64,000 nucleotides of DNA, taken from assembly GCA_041690295.1 (NCBI GenBank), contig JAWLHR010000009.1, forward strand, positions 55,770-119,769. Direction: 5' to 3'. Source of the DNA: Bdellovibrionales bacterium (GTDB lineage: Bacteria > Bdellovibrionota > Bdellovibrionia > Bdellovibrionales > UBA1609). Under the pieces are notes generated by a model. That model searched no databases. It was not told the origin of the DNA and saw only the letters and a program-made list of their open reading frames with translations. The position numbers were made by a program, and so were the translations under genes. This document shows, piece by piece, positions 10,101 through 20,034 of the stretch (its first letter is position 1; every line of letters begins with the position of its first letter).

Positions 10101-12095
10101 TTGAAACAGCCCATCGTCCTCAGAATTTATAAAGGCGAAAAGCTCGAAGCCGTTCGGCAGTTCGAGGTGTCACAGATTGTAATTGGCCGCAACAGTGAGG
10201 CGCAACTCGAGTTGCAAGACGAGGGCGTTGCGCTTCTGCATGCGATGATCGAAAATCGCGACGGTGAATACTACATTTCCGATTTGGGATCGCCGTCGGG
10301 AACTTTCAAAAACGGCCAAAAAATTCTCGAAGACAAAATCAATTCCGGTGACTCCATCAACATCGGACCGTACCGGATCCAGTTTTTCGTCGGCGTCCCG
10401 AAACCCGCGGCGCCGCCCAAAGTGGCGCCTCCATCCGAAGTGAAACCGCCGGCGTCGGTGAATTTCACCATGGCCGTTCCCCAGGCGCCGCCGTCATTCG
10501 ATGATGACGTGACGGAGCCGATCATTGACATAAAAAAGACGATGGCCACACCGGCGCCCAAGCCGGCCCCCGCGCGAAGCGCGCATGGCGCGCCGAAGTC
10601 GGGCAAAAAATCGAAAAAGACATTCGCTCCGCCGAGTCCCTATAAGGATTTGAAGGAGATCATCAAACCTCACAAAGGTTCGGTGGTCGAGGTCATCGTG
10701 GCGTGGAAAGACCGCATTCTCTCTTCGTACCATTTCAACCAGGCTGGCAGCGTGTTCATGAGTTCGGCCGAAGATGCGGACGTGATCGTGCCGATCATTT
10801 CTTCGCGAAGCAAATTCGAACTGCTCAAGATCAGCGGCAATGTCGCGGTTTGTTTGACTCAGGAAATGTCCGGTGAACTCGTCCGTGACGGTGAAACCCT
10901 TTCGCTGAATGAACTCGCGCGGCAGGGCCGGATTCGCGATGCCGGCAGCCATTTTGAATATGATCTGCGCCAGGGCGAAATGATCCGGATCGGTCTGCAA
11001 AACGATTTGATCTCCATTTACATCCGTTACGTCGCGGAAACGCCCAAGCCCTTGATCGCTCCGCTGCTGGACATGACCTCCAGCGAAGTGACGGGAGTCA
11101 TTCTGGCGGTCGCCATCTCGGCGATTCTTGGTTTGTACATGAACATCTATACGCCGTCTCCGCTCCTGGAAGATGAAGCGAAGATCGATGAACCCATCCG
11201 CAAAGCCATTGTCGAGTTCAAACCGCGACCCAAAAAGATTGTTGAAACCGACATGGAAAAAAAAGAAACCAAGGTTGAACCTCAGCCGAAACCGGAAAAA
11301 GTCCGCACGTCGCCCAAAGCGGCCGTTGAGACCAAGGGGGCTCCGGGAGCTCCGGGCGGAATTAAACCGAATCCGAATCTGAAGCAGAAACCGAACAAAG
11401 TCGTGGCCGCGACGCCACAGGGTAAGGCGATTAAAACCGCGCCCAAAGAAGGCGCGAACATGAAGAGCGAAAAACCCGATCCGACCAAAATGGGTTTGCT
11501 CGGCGTCTTCGCGAACAAAGGAACTCAGTCGCAAATCAACAAAGCTTACTCGGGATCGGGCGAGTTGATCGGTACGGCGGCCAACGCCACCGGATACGCC
11601 GGAAACGCGGACAGCCGTGACGGCGACAATTTCGGATCGCGCCTTAAAGAGACCGGCAGCGGCCGCGGCAGCGGAACAGTCGGAATCGCCGGAGTGGGAA
11701 CCAAAGGTCGCGGAACCGGCGGTACCGGTTACGGTACGGGCGGAATCGGCACCAAAGGTTCGGTGCAGATCAATGTCGGCGGCCAGGAAGCGGATTTCTC
11801 CGGCGGTATGGATCGTGAGGCGATTCGTCGTGTGATCCGCGAACACATCCGTGAGATCCGGTCATGTTATGAGCGCGAACTTCAGAGATCACCCGACCTT
11901 TACGGCAAAATCGTGATCGAGTGGGACATCGAAGAGGCGGGCCGTGTGACCCGAGCCGGTGTGAAACGAAATGAACTTGGTAACGATGCGGTCGGAAATT
12001 GCATCGTGGCGCGACTTCGCACATGGCGCTTTCCGGATCCGCCAAAAGACCAGGTGGGCCGGGTTTCGTATCCGTTCGTGTTCAGTTCGCAATAG
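10101..12095 (+). CDS. GltG/PglI-like protein (FHA domain, Pro-rich linker, TM helix, Gly-rich linker, TonB_C/AgmX-PglI C-terminal domain)
   Basis: FHA motifs IGRNS, HAMI, DLGSPSGTF; TM VILAVAISAILGLY; C-terminal IRSCYERELQRSPDLYGKI...WRFPDP...YPFVF. Confidence 0.88.
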   Translation: MKQPIVLRIYKGEKLEAVRQFEVSQIVIGRNSEAQLELQDEGVALLHAMIENRDGEYYISDLGSPSGTFKNGQKILEDKINSGDSINIGPYRIQFFVGVPKPAAPPKVAPPSEVKPPASVNFTMAVPQAPPSFDDDVTEPIIDIKKTMATPAPKPAPARSAHGAPKSGKKSKKTFAPPSPYKDLKEIIKPHKGSVVEVIVAWKDRILSSYHFNQAGSVFMSSAEDADVIVPIISSRSKFELLKISGNVAVCLTQEMSGELVRDGETLSLNELARQGRIRDAGSHFEYDLRQGEMIRIGLQNDLISIYIRYVAETPKPLIAPLLDMTSSEVTGVILAVAISAILGLYMNIYTPSPLLEDEAKIDEPIRKAIVEFKPRPKKIVETDMEKKETKVEPQPKPEKVRTSPKAAVETKGAPGAPGGIKPNPNLKQKPNKVVAATPQGKAIKTAPKEGANMKSEKPDPTKMGLLGVFANKGTQSQINKAYSGSGELIGTAANATGYAGNADSRDGDNFGSRLKETGSGRGSGTVGIAGVGTKGRGTGGTGYGTGGIGTKGSVQINVGGQEADFSGGMDREAIRRVIREHIREIRSCYERELQRSPDLYGKIVIEWDIEEAGRVTRAGVKRNELGNDAVGNCIVARLRTWRFPDPPKDQVGRVSYPFVFSSQ

Positions 12096-12150
12096 AGTTG
12101 GAATTTAAAATGGACCCCGGAAGGGTCCTTGCACAAACAGGGAGGGAGTC

Positions 12151-12852
12151 TTGGAACAGACAGTTAACAACGCGGCCATGGTCGGCGAGTTGGTCGATCG
12201 TTGCGCCGGTTACGGGAATTTCATAGCCAAATCATTCTGTCAGGGTGGTCATGTGATGATCCTGATCGCGTTGATCGCGGTCTGTACGGTGTTCTTGATC
12301 ATCAATCGTATCATGGCCTTGCAAAAACTGACGGTTGATAAAAACAACATCACTGAGAATTTGTTCACGATGATCTTGCGCGGTGACATCCGCCAGGCCA
12401 TCGCGTTTTGCGATTCACGGCCCACGCCGCTGACCAACACGCTGAAGGCTGGTTTGGTGCAAGTGATGAATCGTCGTCCTGACGAGGAGATCCAGGTGGC
12501 GATGGACGCCTCGGTGCTAAGGGAAACGCCAAAGCTCGAGGGTTGGACGTCCTTCCTCGCGGTCTTTGGTAACGTCGGGGTGCTTGTGGGTCTTATGGGA
12601 ACCATTATCGGTCTGATCACCTCATTCGGTGGTGTGGCCAAAGCGGATGCCGCGACGAAGGCCGCCATGCTCTCGCAGGGGATTTCGGAAGCGTTGAACT
12701 GTACGGCGTTCGGTCTGTTGGTGGCGATCGTGGCCGTTGTGGCTTACGGTTTCTTCCAGATCCGGATCGGTCGCGCGATCAATGACATGCAAGAAAGCAG
12801 CATGACTTTGATGAACCTTGTGGTCGCGAACAGGGATAAGATTAAGGATTAA
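12151..12852 (+). CDS. aglR: MotA/TolQ/ExbB proton channel subunit, AglR-like
   Basis: VGLMGTIIGLITSF and GISEALNCTAFGL motifs; three TM segments; gliding-cluster context. Confidence 0.88.
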   Translation: MEQTVNNAAMVGELVDRCAGYGNFIAKSFCQGGHVMILIALIAVCTVFLIINRIMALQKLTVDKNNITENLFTMILRGDIRQAIAFCDSRPTPLTNTLKAGLVQVMNRRPDEEIQVAMDASVLRETPKLEGWTSFLAVFGNVGVLVGLMGTIIGLITSFGGVAKADAATKAAMLSQGISEALNCTAFGLLVAIVAVVAYGFFQIRIGRAINDMQESSMTLMNLVVANRDKIKD

Positions 12853-12855
12853 AAA

Positions 12856-13335
12856 ATGGCTCACATTGAAGACGGCGGTGATGGTAAACGCAGCTCGAAC
12901 GTGGACCTGAATCTGGTCCCGATCATCGACTTGATGTCGGTGTGTATCATCTTCTTGTTGATCACCGCGGTTTGGACTCAGGTATCGATGATCCAGATTG
13001 GCAGCTCGATGTACGGAAAGAAGACCAATCCGGACCAGCAAGCGGAACCGCCGCCCAAGGCCGAGATACCCTTCCGTCTCGATGTCTTGAAGGACGGCTA
13101 CCGCGTCTTGATCGGCAGCCAGCAAAAGCGGTTTCCGAAAGTCGGGGGTCAGTATGATCACGACCGCCTGGTCAAAGAGTTGAAAGCCATTAAGGAACTT
13201 TATCCCGAAAAGGGAGATTGCGTGATTACCGTCAGCGATGAGCTGCCGTATGAAACATTGATCGGTGGAATGGACGCCCTGCTCATCGCGGGGTTTCCTG
13301 AAATCTCGGTGGCGACGGGCGGAAGCGCCCCTTAA
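12856..13335 (+). CDS. aglQ: ExbD/TolR family protein, AglQ-like
   Basis: LNLVPIIDLMSVCIIFLL TM segment with the conserved Asp. Confidence 0.82.
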   Translation: MAHIEDGGDGKRSSNVDLNLVPIIDLMSVCIIFLLITAVWTQVSMIQIGSSMYGKKTNPDQQAEPPPKAEIPFRLDVLKDGYRVLIGSQQKRFPKVGGQYDHDRLVKELKAIKELYPEKGDCVITVSDELPYETLIGGMDALLIAGFPEISVATGGSAP

Positions 13336-13347
13336 GGAGTTTACGTT

Positions 13348-13938
13348 ATGGCGATTTACACACCTGGATTGCGCAAACACGGTCGTTTCGCCTCAGGCGG
13401 CGGAAAACGAACCGCCGTGGTTATGCTCAACATGACCGCGATGGTCGACATGTTCACGGTGTTGTGCGTGTTCCTTCTTCAGAACTACGCCACGACCAAC
13501 CAGGTTTTGCCTCTTCCCGACAAAGTGAACCTGCCTCAGGCCACCGAGGTGAAAGAGTTGAAGCCGTCGAATGTGGTGATCATCGGCACCGACGGCATCA
13601 TGCTCAACAATTTCCGCGTCGCGGATTTTCGCACGGTGAAGGAACAGGAAGACTGGTTGATTCAGCCGTTGTTGGATCAGATCGCCAAGGCCGTCGAAGA
13701 GGGTGAGAGAAAAAAGAAATCGCTTGGCAACCAGGTTTCGAAAGCGGTTCAGCAGGCGCGAGTCGGTGAGAAAGCGCCGCCCCCCGAGGTTGATGATTTC
13801 CGCAAGATCACCATCCAAAGTGATAAAGACATCGATTTCCTGACGGTTAAGAAAGTCATGTACACCGTGACCGAAGCGGGAATGCAGGAAATCAATTTCG
13901 CTGTTCTCAAGAAGCGTGACGAAACTACGCCGCTTTAA
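13348..13938 (+). CDS. aglS: ExbD/TolR family protein, AglS-like
   Basis: LNMTAMVDMFTVLCVFLL TM; IQSDKDIDFLTVKKVMYT...INFAV C-terminal motif. Confidence 0.82.
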   Translation: MAIYTPGLRKHGRFASGGGKRTAVVMLNMTAMVDMFTVLCVFLLQNYATTNQVLPLPDKVNLPQATEVKELKPSNVVIIGTDGIMLNNFRVADFRTVKEQEDWLIQPLLDQIAKAVEEGERKKKSLGNQVSKAVQQARVGEKAPPPEVDDFRKITIQSDKDIDFLTVKKVMYTVTEAGMQEINFAVLKKRDETTPL

Positions 13939-14626
13939 GCACGAAGCGCGTGTGGCTTTGCCGCACGTAAGAAATGATCGAACTCTTGCTCTCTGAATTC
14001 AGATTGGTGAATTTCAATCCCGTGATACCGCCCGCGACATATCGCACATCGGCTTTCACATGAATGGGCGCATGAAAAACCGAACTCTGAATTTCCACTG
14101 AGACATTCATCCCGGGGCTGACGCCGGAATCCAGCACCACACCCATGCCGCCCTCGCTGATCGTCAAGGCTTGCGCCGTTATTGTGGTTTCCTGAGTGCG
14201 GATGATGACTTTGCCGTCGAGATCGGCGCGCGGGTAAACCCGTTTGTTCACCCCAATGGACGAAAGAATGTCATGGAATTCGAAAATCGAAACCCACTCC
14301 TTCATTCCTTTGGTCCATAACAGCACGTCGCTGGTGGATTCCATTTTGACCAATTCATCAATCAGTTGGTCTCTTGAAAACGGTCCGAAGGAGGCACCGT
14401 TCAGAGCGTAATGCCAGATTTCCTTCGGCGGCTCGACCGCGACGATATCAGTGAGAGTCGCGCCTTCATTGGACCACCAGCCCAAATTCCGCCAGTGCTC
14501 CATGCCCGCGCCCCATATTAAATGACGCGAAGTCAACCGCCCGCTATGCAGACGTGTCCTCACCTCTTCCGCGGAGAGCGGACCCTCGATCCGATCATCT
14601 ACTTGGACGAACCAATTCACTGCCAT
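13925..14626 (-). CDS. Tandem GYF_2 (DUF4339) domains plus C-terminal PilZ domain protein
   Basis: Two W..G(P)..L...W..GM..W repeats (GPLS/IWGAGMEHW; GPFS/LWTKGMKEW); PilZ RxxxR (KRVYPR), TISEGG, GLKF. Confidence 0.8.
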   Translation of the reverse strand: MAVNWFVQVDDRIEGPLSAEEVRTRLHSGRLTSRHLIWGAGMEHWRNLGWWSNEGATLTDIVAVEPPKEIWHYALNGASFGPFSRDQLIDELVKMESTSDVLLWTKGMKEWVSIFEFHDILSSIGVNKRVYPRADLDGKVIIRTQETTITAQALTISEGGMGVVLDSGVSPGMNVSVEIQSSVFHAPIHVKADVRYVAGGITGLKFTNLNSESKSSIISYVRQSHTRFVLKAA

Positions 14627-14635
14627 TGTCCAGAT

Positions 14636-14663
14636 TAATCGGACGTTTCATCGTCAGACTGTA
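14636..14663 (-). promoter_or_regulatory. Candidate sigma28 (FliA) promoter of the GYF_2-PilZ gene
   Basis: Minus strand TACA-N16-TCCGATTA, 9 nt upstream of ATG. Confidence 0.45.
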
Positions 14664-14780
14664 GAGAATCAATCTTGACAGACGATTTCTCATATTGAGA
14701 CATGGCCTAAAATTAGAACAACAAGCAAAATCTATGCTAATAGGTAAGCTGTTCCGTGTTAAAATGGTTTAAGGAGAGCC

Positions 14781-15776
14781 ATGCATAACCGTGTCGTGCA
14801 AATCGCCCTGAGTGCAGCCTTTTTATTGCTGCTCATACAAGTGGTTCTCGTGGCTCCAAGCCAAATCAGGGACATTAAGGACGCGGAGCAGAAGGCGAGT
14901 CTTTGGGCCTCGCCACCGACCGTCAATACGAATTCGGAAGTCGATCAGAGCATGAACGGCATGCACATGATCGAAACCCATGACGGAAAAAAGGAGTGGG
15001 AGCTTTGGGCGGACAAGGCCCGGAGTCTGAAAGCGAAGGAGATTTTGGAATTGGAAGCCGTAAAAGCCGTGTTCTTTTCGGAATCAGGCGTGACCTTTAC
15101 GGTCACGGGCAAAACCGGCCGGGTGGAAACCAAAACCAAAAACCTGCGTGTGGACGGTGATGTGGTGACCCGATCAAGTAATGGCTACACATATAAAACT
15201 CAGACCGTGGAATACGATTCCGCCACGCGCCGGATTTTAGGACCGGGTACGGTGGAGATGATCGGTCCACGTGATGTTAACGCCGCTTCACTCTATCTGA
15301 CCGGAATCGGGCTTGATGCCAGCTTGGACGAGTCGACCATGGAAGTGCAGCGCGAGGTTCGCGCCTCCAAAGTTATGGATAACGGCAAGACCGCGCACAT
15401 CAAAAGTCACCGGGCGCGTTTCAACGCCAAGGATCGCGTGGCATTATTTTATGGTGATGTGATTCTTGATGTCGAAAATATGCGCATTACGGGTCCGGAA
15501 GCCAAATTTGAGTATGACGGCGGCGCGGATCAGTTAAAATCAGTTTTGTTTACCGGTGGCGCCAAGGTCAGTGATATTGACAAATGGGCGACCGCGCAGA
15601 ATGTGAAGGTGGACTTTGACCGTAACCGATTCATCTTTCGTGGCAGCCCCCGGCTGGTGCAGAACAATGATGAATTGCGCGGTGAGGAGATCATATTTTT
15701 GGACGGCGGCAAGCGCGTACAGGTCCAGGGCGCGCGCGCCAAAGTGGATGAGAAACGATTGGAGAAAGTGAATTGA
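14781..15776 (+). CDS. lptC: LPS export periplasmic protein LptC with additional LptA-like beta-jellyroll
   Basis: N-terminal TM anchor; [12 protein letters not shown]; second repeat region ending [21 protein letters not shown] (LptA-like); directly upstream of lptB; SD AAGGAG. Confidence 0.8.
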   Translation: MHNRVVQIALSAAFLLLLIQVVLVAPSQIRDIKDAEQKASLWASPPTVNTNSEVDQSMNGMHMIETHDGKKEWELWADKARSLKAKEILELEAVKAVFFSESGVTFTVTGKTGRVETKTKNLRVDGDVVTRSSNGYTYKTQTVEYDSATRRILGPGTVEMIGPRDVNAASLYLTGIGLDASLDESTMEVQREVRASKVMDNGKTAHIKSHRARFNAKDRVALFYGDVILDVENMRITGPEAKFEYDGGADQLKSVLFTGGAKVSDIDKWATAQNVKVDFDRNRFIFRGSPRLVQNNDELRGEEIIFLDGGKRVQVQGARAKVDEKRLEKVN

Positions 15777-16495
15777 GCCGTTTGGTCGTGCGCAACGTCA
15801 GTAAGAAATTCAAGCAACGGCAAGTTGTCCGTAATGTTTCGTTTGAAATCGAATCCGGACAGGTTGTCGGCCTGTTGGGTCCCAACGGCGCCGGCAAAAC
15901 CACGAGCTTTTATATGGTGGTGGGCTTGTTAACACCGGACGAGGGTGATGTGGAATTGGATTCCCAATTGATCGGACGGTTGCCCATGTATAAGCGCGCC
16001 CGCAAGGGTTTGAGCTACCTCCCGCAGGAGCCAAGCATTTTCCGCCGCCTGACGGTGGCGGAGAATATCCAGGTGGCGCTCGATGCCCAGGATCTTTCTC
16101 CGTCGGAGCGCTCCGAGCGTCTTGAATCGCTGCTCGAGGAATTCCACATTCAACATATTCGTGACAGTTACGGATACGCGCTTTCGGGCGGTGAGCGAAG
16201 AAGGGTGGAAATCGCCCGGTCGCTCGCGGGCAATCCCAAATTTTTGCTTCTCGACGAACCGTTCGCGGGGATTGATCCGATCGCCGTCGGTGATATTCAG
16301 GAGATCGTGCGGAAATTGAAGGCCAAAGGGATCGGCGTGTTGATCACCGACCACAATGTGCGCGAAACGCTGGGCATTTGTGACCGGGCCCATATATTAA
16401 AAGACGGACAAATCGAAGTCGCGGGAACGGCGGAGGAAGTCACCGCTTCGCCGATCGCCCGGAAATTTTATCTGGGCGAGAATTTTAGACTTTAG
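15773..16495 (+). CDS. lptB: LPS export ABC transporter ATPase
   Basis: [57 protein letters not shown]. Confidence 0.97.
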   Translation: MSRLVVRNVSKKFKQRQVVRNVSFEIESGQVVGLLGPNGAGKTTSFYMVVGLLTPDEGDVELDSQLIGRLPMYKRARKGLSYLPQEPSIFRRLTVAENIQVALDAQDLSPSERSERLESLLEEFHIQHIRDSYGYALSGGERRRVEIARSLAGNPKFLLLDEPFAGIDPIAVGDIQEIVRKLKAKGIGVLITDHNVRETLGICDRAHILKDGQIEVAGTAEEVTASPIARKFYLGENFRL

Positions 16496-16513
16496 GCGTA
16501 AGGAGTTTCAGCC

Positions 16514-17953
16514 ATGGCCATGCAACTTAAAACCAGTTTGAAGCTTTCGCAGCAGTTAAGAATGACACCGCAACTGCAGCAGGCGATCAAATTGCTGCAA
16601 CTTTCGCGCTTGGAACTTGAGGGCGCCATTCGTAAGGAACTCGAAGAAAACCCGGTCCTCGAGGAAATCACCGAAGTCGTTGAAGACGAGAGTCCCGCCA
16701 CGAAGGCGGAAACCGCCGCTCCCGAAGCTTCCGATGCGCCGGAGGGACAGTCCGCCTCCGACCCCCGTCAGGATGATTTCGAGTGGGAAAATTACGTCGA
16801 CACCAATTACAAACCTCCGCAAGGACCGGTCGGCGGCACTGACGAAATCATGAACTACGAAAACCTGATTTCGACCACGACTTCGCTGCACGACCACCTG
16901 ATGTGGCAAATGGGCCTTGGCGGATTCAACGAAGAGGAACAGAACCTTCTCGCCATTCTCATCTCCTATGTGGATGAGGACGGCTACATCAAGACTCCGC
17001 TCGAGGAGATCGCCAAGGAAGAAGAGGTCGACGCCAAAGATCTCGAAGAAATGCTGCCGTTTCTGCACGAATTCGATCCCGCCGGCGTCGGCGCGCGCGA
17101 TCTTAAGGAGTGTTTGTTGATTCAGGCCCGCCATCTCGAAGAAGACACCCACGACCTGGTCAAACTCCTGAATGATCACATCAAAGATCTGGAAAAGAAA
17201 AATTACGCGGGCATCGCCAAGGCCATGAATCTGCCCATGGAGGATGTGATCGAGATGTGCAAAATCATCTATTCCATGGATCCCAAGCCCGGGCGCATGT
17301 ACATGCCGCAGGACACGCAATTCGTGACTCCCGACGTGTACGTCTACAAAGTTGGAGATGAGTACATGGTGGCCCTCAACGAAGACGGCTTGCCCCGGCT
17401 TCGTATTTCCAATCTTTATAAGAACATTTTGAAAGGCGATCAGGCGACCGGCGCCGAGAACGCGCAAAATTACATTCAGGACAAATTGCGTTCCGCGGTC
17501 TGGCTGATCAAGTCCATCCATCAACGTCAGCGCACGATCTACAAGGTGACCGAAAGTATCGTGAAGCACCAGCAGGACTTTTTTGAAAAAGGACCTGGTT
17601 TTATTAAGCCGATGATTCTGCGGGATATCGCCAATGACATCGGCATGCACGAGTCCACCGTCAGCCGCGTGACCACCAACAAGTACGTGCATACGCCGCG
17701 GGGGATTTTCGAGTTGAAATACTTCTTCAATTCGGGAATCAGCAAAACCGATGGCGATTCTTTGGCCAGTGAATCCGTTAAACTGAAGATCAAGAATCTG
17801 GTCAGTGACGAGGATCCGAAGAATCCGTTGTCCGATCAAAAGATCGTTGAACTCTTGAAGCGCGATGGAATTCAAATCGCCCGGAGAACAGTCGCCAAGT
17901 ATCGGGACATGCTTAAGATCCTTCCCTCATCCAAGCGCAAGAAAATGTTCTAG
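16514..17953 (+). CDS. rpoN: RNA polymerase sigma-54 factor
   Basis: MTPQLQQAIKLLQL region I; MHESTVSRVT HTH; RpoN box ARRTVAKYR. Confidence 0.98.
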   Translation: MAMQLKTSLKLSQQLRMTPQLQQAIKLLQLSRLELEGAIRKELEENPVLEEITEVVEDESPATKAETAAPEASDAPEGQSASDPRQDDFEWENYVDTNYKPPQGPVGGTDEIMNYENLISTTTSLHDHLMWQMGLGGFNEEEQNLLAILISYVDEDGYIKTPLEEIAKEEEVDAKDLEEMLPFLHEFDPAGVGARDLKECLLIQARHLEEDTHDLVKLLNDHIKDLEKKNYAGIAKAMNLPMEDVIEMCKIIYSMDPKPGRMYMPQDTQFVTPDVYVYKVGDEYMVALNEDGLPRLRISNLYKNILKGDQATGAENAQNYIQDKLRSAVWLIKSIHQRQRTIYKVTESIVKHQQDFFEKGPGFIKPMILRDIANDIGMHESTVSRVTTNKYVHTPRGIFELKYFFNSGISKTDGDSLASESVKLKIKNLVSDEDPKNPLSDQKIVELLKRDGIQIARRTVAKYRDMLKILPSSKRKKMF

Positions 17954-18053
17954 TGCCGGGGCGGGATTCGTTCAATTTCGCCACGCCGTTTTGCCGTAAG
18001 TAGATTCAGTTGAGGTCAACGCCCGGTATCCAGTTTGCTTGCGGCATGAAAGA

Positions 18054-18776
18054 ATGAGCTTAATTCTATTATGGTTTGCGTTCACAGCGTCGGGTGCCCA
18101 GGTCGACGGACCCAATAACGGAGACGTGGCGGTCAATTGCGAAATTCTTTTGACCGGACAACAGGAAATTCACGGCGTTGATCTTTTGGTGGACGCGCTT
18201 TTGAATCTGAATGCCGCCCGGGTCATTCATATCGCCCCCAAGGTGTCCCATGAACTCCTCTCCCACTTCGGGTTGACTCCGGACGATGTGTTCCAACCGC
18301 GGCGGATCCGACTGGAATATGAGAACCGTCGCGTTCGAATCTTACGAAACGACAGCCAAACGGTTGAGTTTTATGTCGGCACGCCTCCGCAAAACCTCTC
18401 CACGTATATTCCCATCGTGTTGGCCCGAGGAGCTTACGTCCCTCAATACAAGCTCGAGGATCACCTCAACTCGCTCTATCAACGAATTCCGAATGAATTG
18501 TCGTTATTGAGAATCGGAGTCATCTTGTTCGAGGGCATCGATTTCCGCGTTTTTCTCCGGGTGAGGAATTTAGGGTATCTACAGTTTTACGATTTAGGTG
18601 TTGATGTCCTGTGTCCGAAATTGGATCAGTATGTGGATTTACGCTTGGATCCCGATATGACTCCGGAAGAAAAAGAGATCGCCTTCTACAGTGGATTGGA
18701 GCACACGGAGCCACACATCACCGGATCCGGCGTGTGGTGCCGAATTCCTGTTATAAGGGCTTTTTGGCAGCTATAG
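18054..18776 (+). CDS. Hypothetical secreted protein
   Basis: ORF filling the rpoN-metK gap; signal-peptide-like MSLILLWFAFTASGA (ATG 18054, in frame with track ORF 18039). Confidence 0.55.
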   Translation: MSLILLWFAFTASGAQVDGPNNGDVAVNCEILLTGQQEIHGVDLLVDALLNLNAARVIHIAPKVSHELLSHFGLTPDDVFQPRRIRLEYENRRVRILRNDSQTVEFYVGTPPQNLSTYIPIVLARGAYVPQYKLEDHLNSLYQRIPNELSLLRIGVILFEGIDFRVFLRVRNLGYLQFYDLGVDVLCPKLDQYVDLRLDPDMTPEEKEIAFYSGLEHTEPHITGSGVWCRIPVIRAFWQL

Positions 18777-18872
18777 AGAATTGAAACGCGCGGCGCAAAA
18801 AAGCCGCTAGTTGACCCGCTGCCCTCGTCCAGATAAACGCTTAGAAATTCTTCACATTATAAGGGTAGGTCC

Positions 18873-20033
18873 ATGCAAAATTATCTGTTTACCAGCGAAT
18901 CCGTGTCGGAAGGCCATCCTGATAAATTGGCCGACCAAATCAGCGACGCCATCTTGGATGGTTTCTTAGCGCAAGATCCGCGTTCGCGTGTGGCTTGTGA
19001 GACCATGGTCTCCACTGGTTTTGTCGCGTTGGCTGGAGAGATCACCTCAAAGGGAAGTGTGGACTATCAAGCTGTTGTCCGCGAGGTCGTCAAAGACGTG
19101 GGATACGACAACAGTGATATGGGCTTTGACTATAAATCCTGCTCGGTGCTGGTGGCGCTTGGAAAACAAAGCCCGGACATCGCCATGGGAGTGGACGGGG
19201 CCGAACAGGGCGCCGGCGATCAAGGCATCATGTTTGGTTACGCGAATAACGAAACCCCGGAATACATGCCGTTGTCCATCAGCATGTCTCATCGCTTGAT
19301 GGCGGACCTGGCGGCCATTCGTAAATCAAGGAAGGTGAATTTCCTTCGTCCGGATTCCAAATGTCAGGTGACGGTTGAGTACCGCGACGGTAAAGCCGCC
19401 CGCATCGACACGATCGTGCTTTCCACTCAACACACGCCGGATGTGGATCAGAACCATATCCGCCAATTCGTGATCGAAGAATTGATTCCCAAGTCCATTC
19501 CGTCGAAGTGGATCGATTCCAAAACCAAGTTCCACATCAATCCGACGGGACGCTTCGTGGTGGGCGGACCCCATGGTGATTGCGGTTTGACGGGACGGAA
19601 AATCATCGTCGACACTTACGGGGGCCATGGAGCCCATGGCGGTGGCGCTTTTTCCGGTAAGGATCCCTCGAAAGTGGATCGTTCCGCGGCCTACGCCGCA
19701 CGACATGTGGCTAAAAACATCGTCGCGGCGGGACTGGCAGAGCGCTGTTTGGTGCAGTTGAGCTACGCAATCGGTGTGGCCGAACCGGTCAGTATCATGG
19801 TAAATGATTACGGAACCTCACAAGTGGGCGGCGAGCTTCTCGCGGAAGCCGTTCGACGGGTGTGGAATTTGAAACCGGCGGCGATTATTGAGCAGTTCGA
19901 CTTGCTTAAACCGAAATACCGCAAAACCACGAATTACGGTCACTTCGGCCGCGAGATTCCCGAATTGACTTGGGAAAAAGCCGACAAAGTGGATGCGGTT
20001 CGCGACGCCGTTAATACGCTGAAAAGAATGTAA
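18873..20033 (+). CDS. metK: S-adenosylmethionine synthetase
   Basis: [35 protein letters not shown]. Confidence 0.98.
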   Translation: MQNYLFTSESVSEGHPDKLADQISDAILDGFLAQDPRSRVACETMVSTGFVALAGEITSKGSVDYQAVVREVVKDVGYDNSDMGFDYKSCSVLVALGKQSPDIAMGVDGAEQGAGDQGIMFGYANNETPEYMPLSISMSHRLMADLAAIRKSRKVNFLRPDSKCQVTVEYRDGKAARIDTIVLSTQHTPDVDQNHIRQFVIEELIPKSIPSKWIDSKTKFHINPTGRFVVGGPHGDCGLTGRKIIVDTYGGHGAHGGGAFSGKDPSKVDRSAAYAARHVAKNIVAAGLAERCLVQLSYAIGVAEPVSIMVNDYGTSQVGGELLAEAVRRVWNLKPAAIIEQFDLLKPKYRKTTNYGHFGREIPELTWEKADKVDAVRDAVNTLKRM

Positions 20034-20034
20034 G

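Noticed and set aside
11640..11760. GGC/GGT-rich quasi-repeat
   Set aside because: Encodes the Gly-rich linker of the GltG-like protein; not a DNA repeat or CRISPR.
12112..12128. GGACCC-CGGAA-GGGTCC hairpin between gltG and aglR as a terminator
   Set aside because: 6-bp stem without a U-tract inside an apparent operon; at most an mRNA stabiliser.
16556..17875. 439-aa antisense ORF (similar ones at 6364-7467, 10494-11846, 23989-25062)
   Set aside because: Shadows of rpoN, gltD, gltG and pyrB; no independent coding signals.
18777..18872. Possible SAM riboswitch upstream of metK
   Set aside because: Region is short and shows only a promoter-like TTGACC-N17-TAAACG; no SAM-I/II core recognisable.
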